From positions 992,001 to 1,056,000 of the forward strand of contig OZ244717.1 in assembly GCA_965218975.1 (NCBI GenBank): a stretch of DNA of 64,000 bases, read 5' to 3'. A program made the translations under genes and the position numbers. This stretch comes from Candidatus Oxydemutatoraceae bacterium (GTDB lineage: Bacteria > Pseudomonadota > Gammaproteobacteria > Poriferisulfidales > Oxydemutatoraceae). A model generated the notes under the pieces. That model worked only from the letters and a program-made list of their open reading frames with translations, ran no database searches and was not told the DNA's origin. Of the stretch, positions 1-11,382 are shown piece by piece; positions within the stretch are counted from its first letter, which is position 1, and each line of letters starts with the position of its first letter.

Positions 1-1
1 T

Positions 2-829
<828 letters not shown>

Positions 830-1008
830 TTCTCCTTTTTTTAATAGAGTATGATTCGGGAAAGGGAAAATATGCTGGATGGTATATTTTCTAAAAAAGA
901 ATTTTTCTACTTTGAAGCCGGCAGATTGAGCGCAGGCATTATCTATCGATTTTTAGACCGATTCAATGTCTTACGGGTAGGAGTATTCATCGGATTTTTT
1001 TTTCCGCG

Positions 1009-2826
1009 ATGATTTTGTCCGGCTTATTTTCGACCACAGTATTTGCCCAAAAAGATGAGAGAGTCGTTGTTACCGCAACCCGCCTCCCGACTATATCCAG
1101 CCGGTTTGCCGGCGCTTGGACACTGGTGACCCGCAAGGAAATTGAGCGTTACCAATACCGCTATCTAAGCGATGCACTATCGAGTGTGCCCGGTCTCTAT
1201 ATTGCTCCTAGCGGCGGTGGCGGTGCGCAGACGTCAGTGTTTGTTCGCGGCGCCGAATCCAATCATGTCACGGTGATAGTTGATGGAGTGGAAGTTACTG
1301 ATCCCGCATTTGGGAACACCGCGTTTTTAGAACGGTTACAGTTGAACGATGTCGAACAGATTGAAATTTTGCGCGGCCCCTATAGCGCTCAGCATGGATC
1401 ATCCGCTATTGGCGGTGTCATTCATATCGTAACCCATCGTGGGCAGGGAGAAGTTGGTGCGCGGGTCAATGTCGAATATGGTTCACTAAACTCCAAGAGA
1501 ATTGTATTTAATACATCGGGAGAAAATGATCGATTTGATTTTTCTTTGGGTGTCGGCTACTTCGACACCGACGGCGAGTCATTTACCCCACGTCGCTTGA
1601 GGAACGGAGTCGGCGAGGATGATGCGTATGAGAATATTGATGTGAAGATGAATTTCGGCGTTCAACTAAACGAATTTCTGCAATTTGATTTGAGGTACGG
1701 ACGAATTGATTCCGAAAACGATTATGACGAGAACTCCACGCCGTTTGAAACGAACGCGTTGGAACAATTTCGCGATGAAGACAGAGTTCAAGCAAAACTA
1801 TCCGCACAAACGTCGCGCTGGAACGGCTATTGGCAGATTTCCCATTATCGTGGTAAGACACGTCAGAGTGACGGCAGTTCATTTTACGGCGAGAGAGAGA
1901 AGTTTGAATGGTATAATCATTTTATGCTGACCGGCGATTGGCGCCTTTCGTTGGGCGCTGAAACGGAACTGGAAAAAATCCATAATTCGGATTCACTCTC
2001 GACAATCAGTGAAACCGATCGCAATCAATCAATTTATGCCGAAACCCGTTGGACTCCGGTCTCCGGGCTATCGATAGCTGCCGGTTTACGTTATGACGAT
2101 CCCAACTATTTCGATAGCGAGAACAGTGCGCAAATCAGTGTCGCATACCAGATTCCCGATACCGGTTTGGCGCTGCGCGCAAACTATGGGACGGCGTTTA
2201 AGGTACCGACTCTGTCGGAACAATTTGGCTTTGGCGGCAATCCGATGTTGGACCCGGAGGAAAGTGATAGCTGGGAAATTGGAGTTCATCTCACAGGTTC
2301 GTCTGTCGGCAAACGTCTAAATAACGTTCGTTGGGGCGCCACCTATTTTGACAATGAAATCAAAGATTTGATTGCATACAATTCTATCGCGCAGCGGTTA
2401 GAAAATATTAATAGCGCCTCAATCGAGGGTTTGGAGTTATCATTTGCAATTGATATCGATACTGCCTCTCATTTAGCAATGGATTATACTTTGACAAGCG
2501 GTAAAGATCAGGATGGCCGACGTCTGCCGCGCCGTCCGCTAAGGCAAATGAATCTCCGTTGGCATTGGCAGCCGATCGCTGAAGTTTCGCTTGCGCTGCG
2601 GGGGCGCTATGTCGGTGAGCGTACGGATGTTCAGCGCGACACATTCGCCCGAGATAATGAAAGCGGTTACGCCGTACTCGATCTGACCGCCGCTTATCAA
2701 TTAAGCGATGATTTGCGCTTGTCCCTGCAAGTGAACAATTTATCGGACAAAGAATATGAGCCGGTAGATGGTTTTCAAGGCACAGGTACGGAAGTTTATA
2801 TTGGTTTACATAGCACGATGCGCTAA
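1009..2826 (+). CDS. TonB-dependent outer-membrane receptor, BtuB-like; true start may lie upstream across a T9 tract
   Basis: TonB box VVVTATR, plug motifs VFVRGAESN and IEILRGP, beta-barrel-like C-terminus with NLSDKEYE; convergent with btuF. Confidence 0.85.
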   Translation: MILSGLFSTTVFAQKDERVVVTATRLPTISSRFAGAWTLVTRKEIERYQYRYLSDALSSVPGLYIAPSGGGGAQTSVFVRGAESNHVTVIVDGVEVTDPAFGNTAFLERLQLNDVEQIEILRGPYSAQHGSSAIGGVIHIVTHRGQGEVGARVNVEYGSLNSKRIVFNTSGENDRFDFSLGVGYFDTDGESFTPRRLRNGVGEDDAYENIDVKMNFGVQLNEFLQFDLRYGRIDSENDYDENSTPFETNALEQFRDEDRVQAKLSAQTSRWNGYWQISHYRGKTRQSDGSSFYGEREKFEWYNHFMLTGDWRLSLGAETELEKIHNSDSLSTISETDRNQSIYAETRWTPVSGLSIAAGLRYDDPNYFDSENSAQISVAYQIPDTGLALRANYGTAFKVPTLSEQFGFGGNPMLDPEESDSWEIGVHLTGSSVGKRLNNVRWGATYFDNEIKDLIAYNSIAQRLENINSASIEGLELSFAIDIDTASHLAMDYTLTSGKDQDGRRLPRRPLRQMNLRWHWQPIAEVSLALRGRYVGERTDVQRDTFARDNESGYAVLDLTAAYQLSDDLRLSLQVNNLSDKEYEPVDGFQGTGTEVYIGLHSTMR

Positions 2827-2836
2827 ATGCATCGGT

Positions 2837-3661
2837 CTAACGGTTGTCCGCAATAATTTCACACATTTCTTTTGCCGCTTCCGCGATTCGTAGCGAGGGA
2901 CGTTGCATCAATGCGCCGGTAATAAAGACTGACGATTTCGGCAGCCATTCCACGCTCGTATTTGTAATGCTGTGAGTAATTAAAGCGGTTTGATTTAGCA
3001 GCAAAGATTCACGGTTGATTTTAACCACTTCGGCCGGCATGTCCGCATAAACATTCCTCCCGCCGCATAAATTCAGCAGCCGGCCAATCCAGTGGTTTCG
3101 ATTCACTGTCATCAACGGGTTGATCCATAATAAGTAAATCACCGGTAGCCGCCGATTGGTTTGGTATTGATCGCGCAATCGCGTGATATTATCTAGGAAT
3201 ATATCCGCGCGCCGGGCAGCAATTTCGGGGTTGCCGCTTAGACGTCCGATAGTTTTTAGGTTGCGTGCGATATCGGTAAAATTTTCCGGTGCCGAAACAT
3301 AAACCGCTTCGGCTAATGTATTGAGTTTTTTCAACACCGCTGCTTTAAGGCCCGCTTGCCAAACCAATATCACATCGGGTTGTAGTAAAGCAATTTGTTC
3401 GTAGTTAATCGTCTGGTAATCCGAAACCTGTAGTAAGGTTTTTACTCGCGGCGGATAGTCGCAATAGCGTGATACGCCGACTAATTGATCGCCGGCGCCG
3501 GCGGAGAATACTAACTCGGTTAAGTGGGGCGCCAAAGAAATAAGGCGTTGTGCGGGTTGAGTTAAGCGTATGTTTCTTCCGGTATCGTCAGTCGCTTGAA
3601 TGGTTTGCGCTTTGTTATCGCAGACTGTAAGCAATAATAATCCGAGAAAAAATATTCTCAT
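2837..3661 (-). CDS. btuF: Cobalamin-binding periplasmic protein BtuF (helical-backbone metal receptor)
   Basis: DDTGR..L.QPAQRLISLAPHLTELVFSAGAGDQLVGVSRYCDYPP and C-terminal QRPSLRI. Confidence 0.85.
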   Translation of the reverse strand: MRIFFLGLLLLTVCDNKAQTIQATDDTGRNIRLTQPAQRLISLAPHLTELVFSAGAGDQLVGVSRYCDYPPRVKTLLQVSDYQTINYEQIALLQPDVILVWQAGLKAAVLKKLNTLAEAVYVSAPENFTDIARNLKTIGRLSGNPEIAARRADIFLDNITRLRDQYQTNRRLPVIYLLWINPLMTVNRNHWIGRLLNLCGGRNVYADMPAEVVKINRESLLLNQTALITHSITNTSVEWLPKSSVFITGALMQRPSLRIAEAAKEMCEIIADNR

Positions 3662-3678
3662 CGCAAGCTAATACCGGA

Positions 3679-3927
3679 TCACAGATATTCGCTAAGTGTC
3701 CATGCAAAAATAACCGCACAGATAAGGGTCGCTGATAAATTGATCAAAAGAGGGCTTACGATTTGCCGATAACCGCGTTCACCCGAGGTTATTTTTTGCA
3801 AGTAGAATAGCGTCATATTACCGCAAACGATTGTAGGAATGACTAATATAGCGGAGATAAACAGCAAGCCATGACGATGGATGCCGAGTGATTCAATCGA
3901 GTGGCAAGCGGCATAGACCCAATCCAT
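3679..3927 (-). CDS. Small hypothetical membrane protein with two hydrophobic segments
   Basis: 82-aa ORF fills the gap, co-oriented with btuF; no recognisable motif. Confidence 0.45.
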   Translation of the reverse strand: MDWVYAACHSIESLGIHRHGLLFISAILVIPTIVCGNMTLFYLQKITSGERGYRQIVSPLLINLSATLICAVIFAWTLSEYL

Positions 3928-4027
3928 TATGGCTTTACGTTATGATTGTATCTGAAATTCACGTTGGTTTTTCACCGCATGTCTATATAAGTATTAATCA
4001 GCTGATTAAAAAGAAAAAGTTATCATA

Positions 4028-5989
4028 ATGGGGCAAGCGGTATTCATTCAATTGTCTAAAGTGCGTTGCTGCATTATTTTAATTTTTTTGTTTGTTTGTC
4101 AAGCGGGGAGCGGTGTATATGCTCAAGGGAATAATATTGCTGTGCAGCGCGGTTTATTTGTTCAAATTGAAAAAACGTTGCAAGCTGGCCAAACTAAGAC
4201 GTTTTCTACGTATGTGTCAAAGCTACGTGATTATCCGCTTTATCCCTATCTGCAATTTCATGAACATAAACTGCGTATTGATCATTTAAGCGAGAGCGAA
4301 GTGATGCGGTTTTTGACGGAGAATCGTAACACACCGGTCGGTGAACGTCTGCGGTATGAGTGGTTATTACGGCTGGCACGGGAAAAACGCTGGAAGTCGT
4401 ATGCTGATTTCTATATAAAACCGCTGATGATTCAGGACAAAACTCTTGCTTGTTATTATGCGACGGCATTAATGCATATCGGCGATACAGTGGCTTTGAA
4501 ACAAGTCATTCCGACTTTATGGTCGGTGAATTTTTCACAACCACCGCAGTGCGATGCAGTGTTTAATTGGGGGTTTTCTAAAATGGTAATCAATGATCAA
4601 CTCATTTGGCGGAGGTTGTTGCTTGTTTGGGGGCGTGATGCCGGTCTTACGCGATATCTCAAAGAGCGATTGAGCCGGAAAAACCGACACTGGTATCACG
4701 CTTTAGTTGAAGCAAAGCGTCACCCGGAAAAGACACTCCGCAAACTGTTAGGGCAATCGTTACAGCCTGACTATGCTTTAGACATTATCGCTTATGTGGT
4801 GAAACGTCTGGCGGCAGACAAAATACAAAACGCGGATCGTTTGTGGGCAGAATTACGCGCACAGTATCAGCGGCAGGACGCTATGTACCAAATGCAACGT
4901 GATTTGGGTGTCATGGCGGCAACTCAGCTTGCCCCCGATATTGCTTTACGTTGGTTGTCCGATATACCCGCCGCTTATCATGATTCGACATCGCGTCATT
5001 GGCAAATACGTTCGGCTTTGCGGAGTTTGGATTGGCGCGCCGTGTCGGAAGGTATCGGTTTGCTGCCTGAAAATGAGCGTGGCGAATCGCGTTGGCAATA
5101 CTGGTATGCACGAAGTTTGGATCGCATGGGTCGGCGCGAGGAGGCATTTGCAATATGGAATACGCTGGCGCAAGAAACTGGGTATTACAATTATTTAGCG
5201 GCGGACCAGCTTGGAGCGTCCTATCGGTTAGAAACTCAAGCGATTCCTTATACGGAGGAAAAATTAAAGGATTTTCTCAATACCCCGGCGGTGTCAAGAA
5301 TGCAGGAGTTGATCGCACTCGGCAGATTTGTCGATGCGCGTCGGGAATTTTTGTTTGCGTTAGAAAATTTCAGCACGAAAGATTTCTCGCGCTTGGCAAT
5401 CTTGGCGGACCGATGGCAATGGAGCGATGGGGCAATTCGCTCCGTTGCTCAAAGTAAGTTCAGAGGGGATACTTTACTGCGTTTTCCGATACCGTACTAT
5501 AAAATTGTGCAACACGAAGCAGACCGACATTCGCAAATATCAATGCCGATAATCTATGGCGTAATGCGTCGCGAGAGTGCGTTTATGGATAAAGCCAAAT
5601 CGCCGGCCGGCGCACTGGGGTTGATGCAGTTGATGCCACACACCGCGCGATTAATGATAAAAGAGCTAAAGCTCAAACGTCCCTCAACTTGGTATATTTT
5701 ACGTCCTGATGTAAATATCCGAATGGGCACCGCTTACCTTGCTAAGATGTATCGTCAACACCGACAGCATCTGCCGTTGGCGCTTGCTTCATACAATGCC
5801 GGAACCACAGCGGTAAGGCGTTGGACCCAACGTGCGCCGATCAGGGACCCGGCTATTTGGATAGAAACAATCCCCTTTAATGAAACACGCCGTTATTTGC
5901 AAGCGGTGTTGTATTACATAGTTATTTATGCCCACCGTCTTGGTAGCGAGAAACCGATTCGTCTTGAGCCTTTAATGACTTTACCTTGA
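4028..5989 (+). CDS. slt: Soluble lytic murein transglycosylase (Slt70-like)
   Basis: N-terminal DYPLYPYL; SLT motifs RRESAF, GALGLMQLMP, NIRMGTAYL, ASYNAG, WIETIPFNETRRY. Confidence 0.92.
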   Translation: MGQAVFIQLSKVRCCIILIFLFVCQAGSGVYAQGNNIAVQRGLFVQIEKTLQAGQTKTFSTYVSKLRDYPLYPYLQFHEHKLRIDHLSESEVMRFLTENRNTPVGERLRYEWLLRLAREKRWKSYADFYIKPLMIQDKTLACYYATALMHIGDTVALKQVIPTLWSVNFSQPPQCDAVFNWGFSKMVINDQLIWRRLLLVWGRDAGLTRYLKERLSRKNRHWYHALVEAKRHPEKTLRKLLGQSLQPDYALDIIAYVVKRLAADKIQNADRLWAELRAQYQRQDAMYQMQRDLGVMAATQLAPDIALRWLSDIPAAYHDSTSRHWQIRSALRSLDWRAVSEGIGLLPENERGESRWQYWYARSLDRMGRREEAFAIWNTLAQETGYYNYLAADQLGASYRLETQAIPYTEEKLKDFLNTPAVSRMQELIALGRFVDARREFLFALENFSTKDFSRLAILADRWQWSDGAIRSVAQSKFRGDTLLRFPIPYYKIVQHEADRHSQISMPIIYGVMRRESAFMDKAKSPAGALGLMQLMPHTARLMIKELKLKRPSTWYILRPDVNIRMGTAYLAKMYRQHRQHLPLALASYNAGTTAVRRWTQRAPIRDPAIWIETIPFNETRRYLQAVLYYIVIYAHRLGSEKPIRLEPLMTLP

Positions 5990-5997
5990 CAAAAAAG

Positions 5998-7278
5998 CTA
6001 GCCGTCGCAGGCTTTTGTCAGCGCTTGGTTGATGTCCTCAATGATGTCGTCAATGTGCTCAATACCAACGGATAACCTGACCATGTCGTCGGAGACACCG
6101 GCCGCTTTTAATTCGTCGCTACTGAGTTGACGATGGGTGGTGGTAGCCGGATGACATGCCAACGAACGGGCGTCTCCGATATTTACCAAGCGTAGAATCA
6201 ATTCTAACGCATCGATAAATTTTGCTCCCATCTCACGCCCTCCGGCGATACCAAAACTTAAAATACCTGCTACCATGCCGTCGCGCAGATAATGCTTTGC
6301 TAGCGCGTGGTCGGGGTGGTCGGGTAATCCCGGATAATTTACCCAATTTACTTTCGGGTGCTTGTGTAAGTATTCGGCAACCGCTAATGCATTATGGCTG
6401 TGGCGTTGCATGCGTAACGGCAAAGTTTCCAAGCCTTGCAGTACAAGAAAGCTATTGGTGGGCGAGATGGCTGCGCCCATATTGCGTAATGGCACAAGGC
6501 GTGCGCGCACAATGAAAGCTGCGGCGCCAATATCTTTAGTATAAACAATGTTGCGGTACGACGGATCGGGTTGGGTTAGTGTCGGATAGCGTCCCCTGCT
6601 GTCGGCCCAGGGGAATTTACCCGAATCAACAACGATCCCTCCGATACTGTTGCCGTGTCCGCCGATGTATTTTGTCAGCGAGTGAATGACGATGTCGGCG
6701 CCGAAATCAAACGGACGGCACAGATAAGGGGTCGGCACCGTATTATCGACGATAAAAGCGACATTATGCTGACGGCATACGTCCGCCAATGCACTTAGAT
6801 CGGCTATGTTGCCGGCGGGGTTGCCGATTGATTCGCAAAACACCGCTTTTGTTTTATCGTCAATGTATTTCCCTAGTTCATTTGGGGTTAATCGGCAGAA
6901 TTTCACATTGATACCGAATTTCGGCAAAGTGTGTCCGAACAAGTTATAGGTGCCGCCGTACAATGCCGATGCCGAAATAATATTGTCACCTTGTTCGGCA
7001 ATCGTGAACACTGCATTGGTTATCGCCGCCATGCCCGAAGATAAGGCAAGCGCGCCCACACCGCCTTCGAGCAATGTGATGCGTTCTTCCAAAACCGCGG
7101 TTGTCGGATTCATAATGCGTGTGTAAATATTGCCTTGTTCTTTTAAGTCAAACAGGTCGGCGCCATGTTGACTGTCTCTGAAGGTGTAAGAGGTCGTCTG
7201 ATAGATGGGTGTAACAGCGGCACGGGTTGTCGGTTCGGCTGTATAGCCACCATGTATTGCGATTGTTTCCGGTTGCAT
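5998..7278 (-). CDS. metY: O-acetylhomoserine sulfhydrylase / aminocarboxypropyltransferase (MetY family); start placed at MQPET
   Basis: PIYQTTSY, NIYTRIMNPT, PLP lysine motif HSLTKYIGGHG, HPATTTHRQL, RLSVGIEHIDD. Confidence 0.93.
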   Translation of the reverse strand: MQPETIAIHGGYTAEPTTRAAVTPIYQTTSYTFRDSQHGADLFDLKEQGNIYTRIMNPTTAVLEERITLLEGGVGALALSSGMAAITNAVFTIAEQGDNIISASALYGGTYNLFGHTLPKFGINVKFCRLTPNELGKYIDDKTKAVFCESIGNPAGNIADLSALADVCRQHNVAFIVDNTVPTPYLCRPFDFGADIVIHSLTKYIGGHGNSIGGIVVDSGKFPWADSRGRYPTLTQPDPSYRNIVYTKDIGAAAFIVRARLVPLRNMGAAISPTNSFLVLQGLETLPLRMQRHSHNALAVAEYLHKHPKVNWVNYPGLPDHPDHALAKHYLRDGMVAGILSFGIAGGREMGAKFIDALELILRLVNIGDARSLACHPATTTHRQLSSDELKAAGVSDDMVRLSVGIEHIDDIIEDINQALTKACDG

Positions 7279-7367
7279 ATTATTCTCGTCCTGATTCACT
7301 AGGGTAGTTCTCAAAATAAATTAGCTTGTTTCCATAGTACCATAAAGGTGAATGAATTCGTAGGGCT

Positions 7368-7847
7368 TGTACGATGCCACTCTAAATGGGATTTTTGAAG
7401 GGCTTCGGGGGAAGCGTTCGGCAGTAACATTCGGATCGGTGCTTTCTGTCCGTTGCCGGCATGAGGACGGTGCAGGGTGAGACGCGCCCGGAAAACCAAT
7501 TGGTTTTCAGCGGTGAACGACCCGACAAGGACGTCGGGGCTGGGGCTTGTTGACAGAACCCAGTCGCGTCATGGATGACAGGCACCTTGCTGACAATCCG
7601 GCACAATCCGCCGACAACACACTAACAAACATAAAACGGTTTCATAACTGGTCATTGAATGCTTCCGTATCGGCGAATAGCAGGTCTTCTGCATGATTGA
7701 TACAATCTTCTTGGACGGTGCGGTTGAAGCACTTGATGTGCGTGTTTATTTTTGGACACTTGGGATAGGTCAGTCACTGCTCAATCATGGGTGATTCCCG
7801 GATGAGCCGGGCAAACTGTCCTTGAAACTCACTCCCGCCGTCCGTCA
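7368..7847 (-). mobile_element. IS481-family remnant: decayed integrase core plus right end, interrupted by a palindromic element
   Basis: Minus strand 7645-7847 reads LTDGGSEFQGQF..*LTYPKCPKINTHIKCFNRTVQED..EDLLF..FNDQL (rve-like). 7368-7474 reads HRPH...KSHLEWHRT into a terminus TGTACGATGCCACTCTAAATGGGATTTTTG. Confidence 0.75.
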
Positions 7848-8540
7848 GGGTGAGACGCGCCCGGAAAACCGATCGGTTTTCAGCGGCGAACAACCCGACA
7901 AGGATGTCGGGGCTGGGGTTCATTCGCAGAACCAAGTCTCGTCATGGGTGAGACGCGCCCGGAAAACCAATTGGTTTTCATCGGTGAACGACCCGACAAG
8001 GACATCGAGGCTGGAGCTTGTTGACAGAACTCAGTCGCGTCATGGATGACAGGCACTTTACCGACAATCCGGCACAATCCGCCGACAACACGCCAGCAAA
8101 CACAAAATGGTTTCATCAGTTCAAAGACTTTACTGTTGCCGAAATTCTGCTAGGCGCAGGGTGAGACGCGCCCGGAAAACCAATTGGTTTTCAGCGGTGA
8201 ACGACCCGACAAGGACGTCGGGGCTGGAGCTTGTTGACAGAACCCAGTCGCGTTATGGATGACAGGCACCTTGCTGACAATCCGGCACAATCCGCCGACA
8301 ACACACCAACAAACATAAAACGGTTTCATCAGCTCAAAGACTTTACTGCTGCCGAAATTCTGCCAGGCGCAGGGTGAGACGTGCCCGGAAAACCAATTGG
8401 TTTTCAGTGGCGAACGACCCGACAAGGACGTCGAGGCTGGATCTTGTTGACAGAACTCAGTCGCGTCATGGATGACAGGCACTTTGCCGACAATCCGGCA
8501 CAATCCGCCGACAATCTGGCAACAAGCGCAAAACGGTTTC
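7475..8540 (+). repeat. Array of a ~70-bp double-hairpin core: 5 copies starting at 7475, 7848, 7946, 8159, 8372; the last three have a 213-bp period
   Basis: Recurring GGGTGAGACGCGCCCGGAAAACCAATTGGTTTTCAGCGGTGAACGACCCGACAAGGACGTCGGGGCTGG, usually followed by a shared ~100-140 bp tail. Confidence 0.95.
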
Positions 8541-8789
8541 GTGCTGAATCGGTTGCGGTCAGGTCCGCTGGCGCCTCTTACGCGGCGCTTTGCCGCGATC
8601 ATGTAAGGCGCTGAGGCCAGTGCGGCGATAACGCCGCCGCCAGCGGTACAAAGTACTGCGACCGATCTTGAATGCGTTCGGGAGTTACAACCCTCCCAAA
8701 ATGAGGGCATCATATTTCTGTTGAAGATTAGAGCGCTCATGAGCCTCTATTTTTGAAGCAAAATTGGCTCATATAGAAACCTTTGATGC

Positions 8790-8843
8790 GGTGGCCGATG
8801 TGTTGATATTGCATAGTTGATATTGCATATCGGTCACCTTTTT
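8790..8843 (+). terminator. Intrinsic terminator-like hairpin containing a 14-bp tandem duplication
   Basis: Stem GGTGGCCGATGTG/CATATCGGTCACC (two G-U pairs) followed by TTTTT; GTTGATATTGCATA occurs twice at 8802-8829. Confidence 0.55.
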
Positions 8844-9042
8844 GAGTAAGCCGTGAGTCCCATATGTATCTGGCACTATACATTAAATATCGTTTCAGAC
8901 GGTACGAGTATATTGTTTTCCGTTAATTTTTTTATCCAAAGTAATGCAGGAGATCTCCCCCGCAGGAGAGAACCCTACGGGGTGAATGAAGATGCGGCTG
9001 TCGCCACAATGTGATGGTTTTAGATGACTGCTATAAGCAATC

Positions 9043-9225
9043 TCAGTGCATTGAAAGGATTACGTTGGTGTATAAACCAACCGCCGATATGATCAGCAAG
9101 CTCATGCCGACAAACAGTCCGACAACCCATTTGATGATATCGTTCTTAATTTCAAGAAGCTTTTGATCAAGCCGGTCTTCAATTGAATGGAGTTCTCGTT
9201 GAAGCTCTTCTCTAGTAATTTCTAT
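9043..9225 (-). CDS. Small coiled-coil plus C-terminal TM protein (DUF1640/CCDC90-like), no ATG start; not in the ORF track
   Basis: IEITREELQRELHSIEDRLDQKLLEIKNDIIKWVVGLFVGMSLLIISAVGLYTNVILSMH*; AAGGAG lies 9 nt upstream of the ATA codon. Confidence 0.55.
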   Translation of the reverse strand: MEITREELQRELHSIEDRLDQKLLEIKNDIIKWVVGLFVGMSLLIISAVGLYTNVILSMH

Positions 9226-9632
9226 TGTCGTGTTCTCCTTTAGTTACGAGGAGACCTACCACCGGGGTAAGCCCCCTGCGAGTTCAGCATCATGAGACGC
9301 CGACCGTAACCGGTATGAGCATCAGTTGCCTCAAAATATTGAGATAAGAATGGCATCGTTAAAGTAACTTGTCAAGCAAAATTATGCTCCCGCGGGAGCA
9401 CCTAAGATATAAGTAATGCAGGGCGTTAAAAATTGCTATTCTCGTCAATGAGAGAATGAACAGAAACCGGTCCGTATGATTTTCGATTTTCATGGAAGCG
9501 GCAGTCGAGGGAATGGGAATAATTCACGCTGGAAAATAAAAATGCCGGTGCGGCATGTGCCCCTTACACTTTTACTTGTAAGTGGATATGATGGTGTTAT
9601 CGGTAAAGCAGCAGCTGATAAAAAAGACACTT

Positions 9633-10301
9633 ATGAGAATTATATTGCTGGGAGCGCCCGGTGTCGGCAAAGGCACGCAGGCTCAATTCATTTCGCAGAC
9701 ATTTCGTATCCCGCAAATTTCCACTGGCGACATGTTGCGCGAAGCTGCGCATGGCACTGACAAGTTGGGTATGCGCGTGCAAAAAATTATGCGCGATGGG
9801 CAGTTGGTTCCCGATAGCATCGTAATTGATTTGGTGGAACAACGCTTGCAGAAGAGCGATTGCAAATCAGGCTTTCTACTTGACGGATTTCCCCGCACCA
9901 TCGCTCAAGCCTATGCACTTGACGAACGCGGTATCGAAGTGGACTATGTGATTGAGATTCGGCTAGCGGATGATGAGATCATACGGCGTTTGAGCGGTAG
10001 AAGATTCCATCCGGCATCCGGCCGCACTTACCACATAGAATTTAATCCGCCGCGTCGCCTCGGAATGGATGATGTGACCGGCGAAGCTCTCGTTCAACGC
10101 GATGATGACCGTGAAGATACTATCAAGCGGCGGTTAGCGGTTTATTATCACGCAACCGCTGAGCTCATCGCTTATTATCGGGAATACTCCAAGCAACATG
10201 GTGCGCGCTACGTTGCGGTTGAGGGCAATCGCGAGATTCAGGTCATACAGGTAGATATTGCGCGGCAGTTGCAAACGAGTGATAGTAATTCGCAGAAATG
10301 A
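9633..10301 (+). CDS. adk: Adenylate kinase
   Basis: [57 protein letters not shown]. Confidence 0.97.
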   Translation: MRIILLGAPGVGKGTQAQFISQTFRIPQISTGDMLREAAHGTDKLGMRVQKIMRDGQLVPDSIVIDLVEQRLQKSDCKSGFLLDGFPRTIAQAYALDERGIEVDYVIEIRLADDEIIRRLSGRRFHPASGRTYHIEFNPPRRLGMDDVTGEALVQRDDDREDTIKRRLAVYYHATAELIAYYREYSKQHGARYVAVEGNREIQVIQVDIARQLQTSDSNSQK

Positions 10302-11305
10302 GCTATAAAGTTTATTTTAGACACAGTGACAAAGTCGCGACGGTTGAATCCGGCGAATCTATTTTAGCGGCGTCGATTCGCGCCGGGCTGCATATTAATT
10401 ACGGTTGCAGTAACGGGAATTGCGGTCTGTGCTCGGCGCGTCTGATTGCCGGTGAGATAAGCCGAATTCAGTATCATGACCATCACTTTAGCGCGGCGGA
10501 GAAGATTAAGGATTATTTTTTGATGTGTTCCAATACTGCCGTCAGCGATATCATTATCCACACTGATATCGCCGATACGGCGACACAGTTGGAGGTGCGT
10601 TCTTTCCCTACCAAAGTACGCTCACTCAAGCAATTAAATGACACCGTAAGCTTATTAGTTTTACAATCTCCACGCAGTCAGCGTTTGCGCTTTTTTGCCG
10701 GTCAATACGCACGTTTGCAAGCAGGTGCCGGCGGTGAATTTTCGATTGCCAGCTGTCCCTGCGATGAACGACGTCTGGAATTTCACATTCCGTATCATAA
10801 GCATCCGTTTTGTCAATATATTTTTAACCATTGCGCTATCGGGGAAACTTTGCAAGTTACTGCGCCGTACGGCGAATTCGTTTTCACCGAAGATTTAAAT
10901 CGACCGATTGTTCTGATCGGGTTCGGTGTCGGCTTCGCATCGATTAAGAGTTTGTTTGAACATATCATCGCACAAGAATCCGAAACCCCGTTAAAGCTAT
11001 ATCAAGTGAATACGCCGGGCGGACATTATCTTGCAAATTTATGCCGATCGTGGAACGACAGTTTAGATCAAGTCGAGTATTATCCGATAGATCTTAAGTT
11101 TGACTTCAATGCCGATGACGGACAAGCAGTGGCACAGTGTGTGAATGAGATTGCTTGCGCGCAACTTGATGCATTGCCGGTTGCCGATGTTTACTGTTGC
11201 GCTCCTGCCGCCGCTCATACCGCAATTAAGCGGGTATGGGCAAAGTTTCCGACACCGGAATGGCGATTGCTTTACGAACCGATTCGCGACCGAAGTATGC
11301 CGTGA
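10298..11305 (+). CDS. 2Fe-2S ferredoxin / FAD-NAD(P)H oxidoreductase (CDP-6-deoxy-delta-3,4-glucoseen reductase-like)
   Basis: [11 protein letters not shown]...LMC 2Fe-2S motif, [29 protein letters not shown]. Confidence 0.8.
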   Translation: MSYKVYFRHSDKVATVESGESILAASIRAGLHINYGCSNGNCGLCSARLIAGEISRIQYHDHHFSAAEKIKDYFLMCSNTAVSDIIIHTDIADTATQLEVRSFPTKVRSLKQLNDTVSLLVLQSPRSQRLRFFAGQYARLQAGAGGEFSIASCPCDERRLEFHIPYHKHPFCQYIFNHCAIGETLQVTAPYGEFVFTEDLNRPIVLIGFGVGFASIKSLFEHIIAQESETPLKLYQVNTPGGHYLANLCRSWNDSLDQVEYYPIDLKFDFNADDGQAVAQCVNEIACAQLDALPVADVYCCAPAAAHTAIKRVWAKFPTPEWRLLYEPIRDRSMP

Positions 11306-11382
11306 AACTGTTACAATATATTAACAATGGCTATTTTACTTAAGGAACGGACAATCATTCCAATCGGGGTGATCAATTAGTT

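Noticed and set aside
830-1008. Cobalamin or TPP riboswitch upstream of the TonB receptor
   Set aside because: No B12-box or TPP consensus recognisable, and the region is probably coding.
7475-8540. Possible CRISPR array
   Set aside because: The sequence between the palindromic cores is itself repeated, units are ~100-370 bp, and no cas genes are present.
8695-8716. Possible matching left inverted repeat of the IS481 relic (TCCCAAAATGAGGGCATCATA)
   Set aside because: Only patchy similarity to the 7368 end and no terminal ACA.
8150-8740. 196-aa repeat ORF and the other ORFs at 7311-8614 and 43205-43847
   Set aside because: They read through the non-coding repeat (213 bp is a multiple of 3) and have no protein-like motifs, apart from the IS481 tail reported separately.
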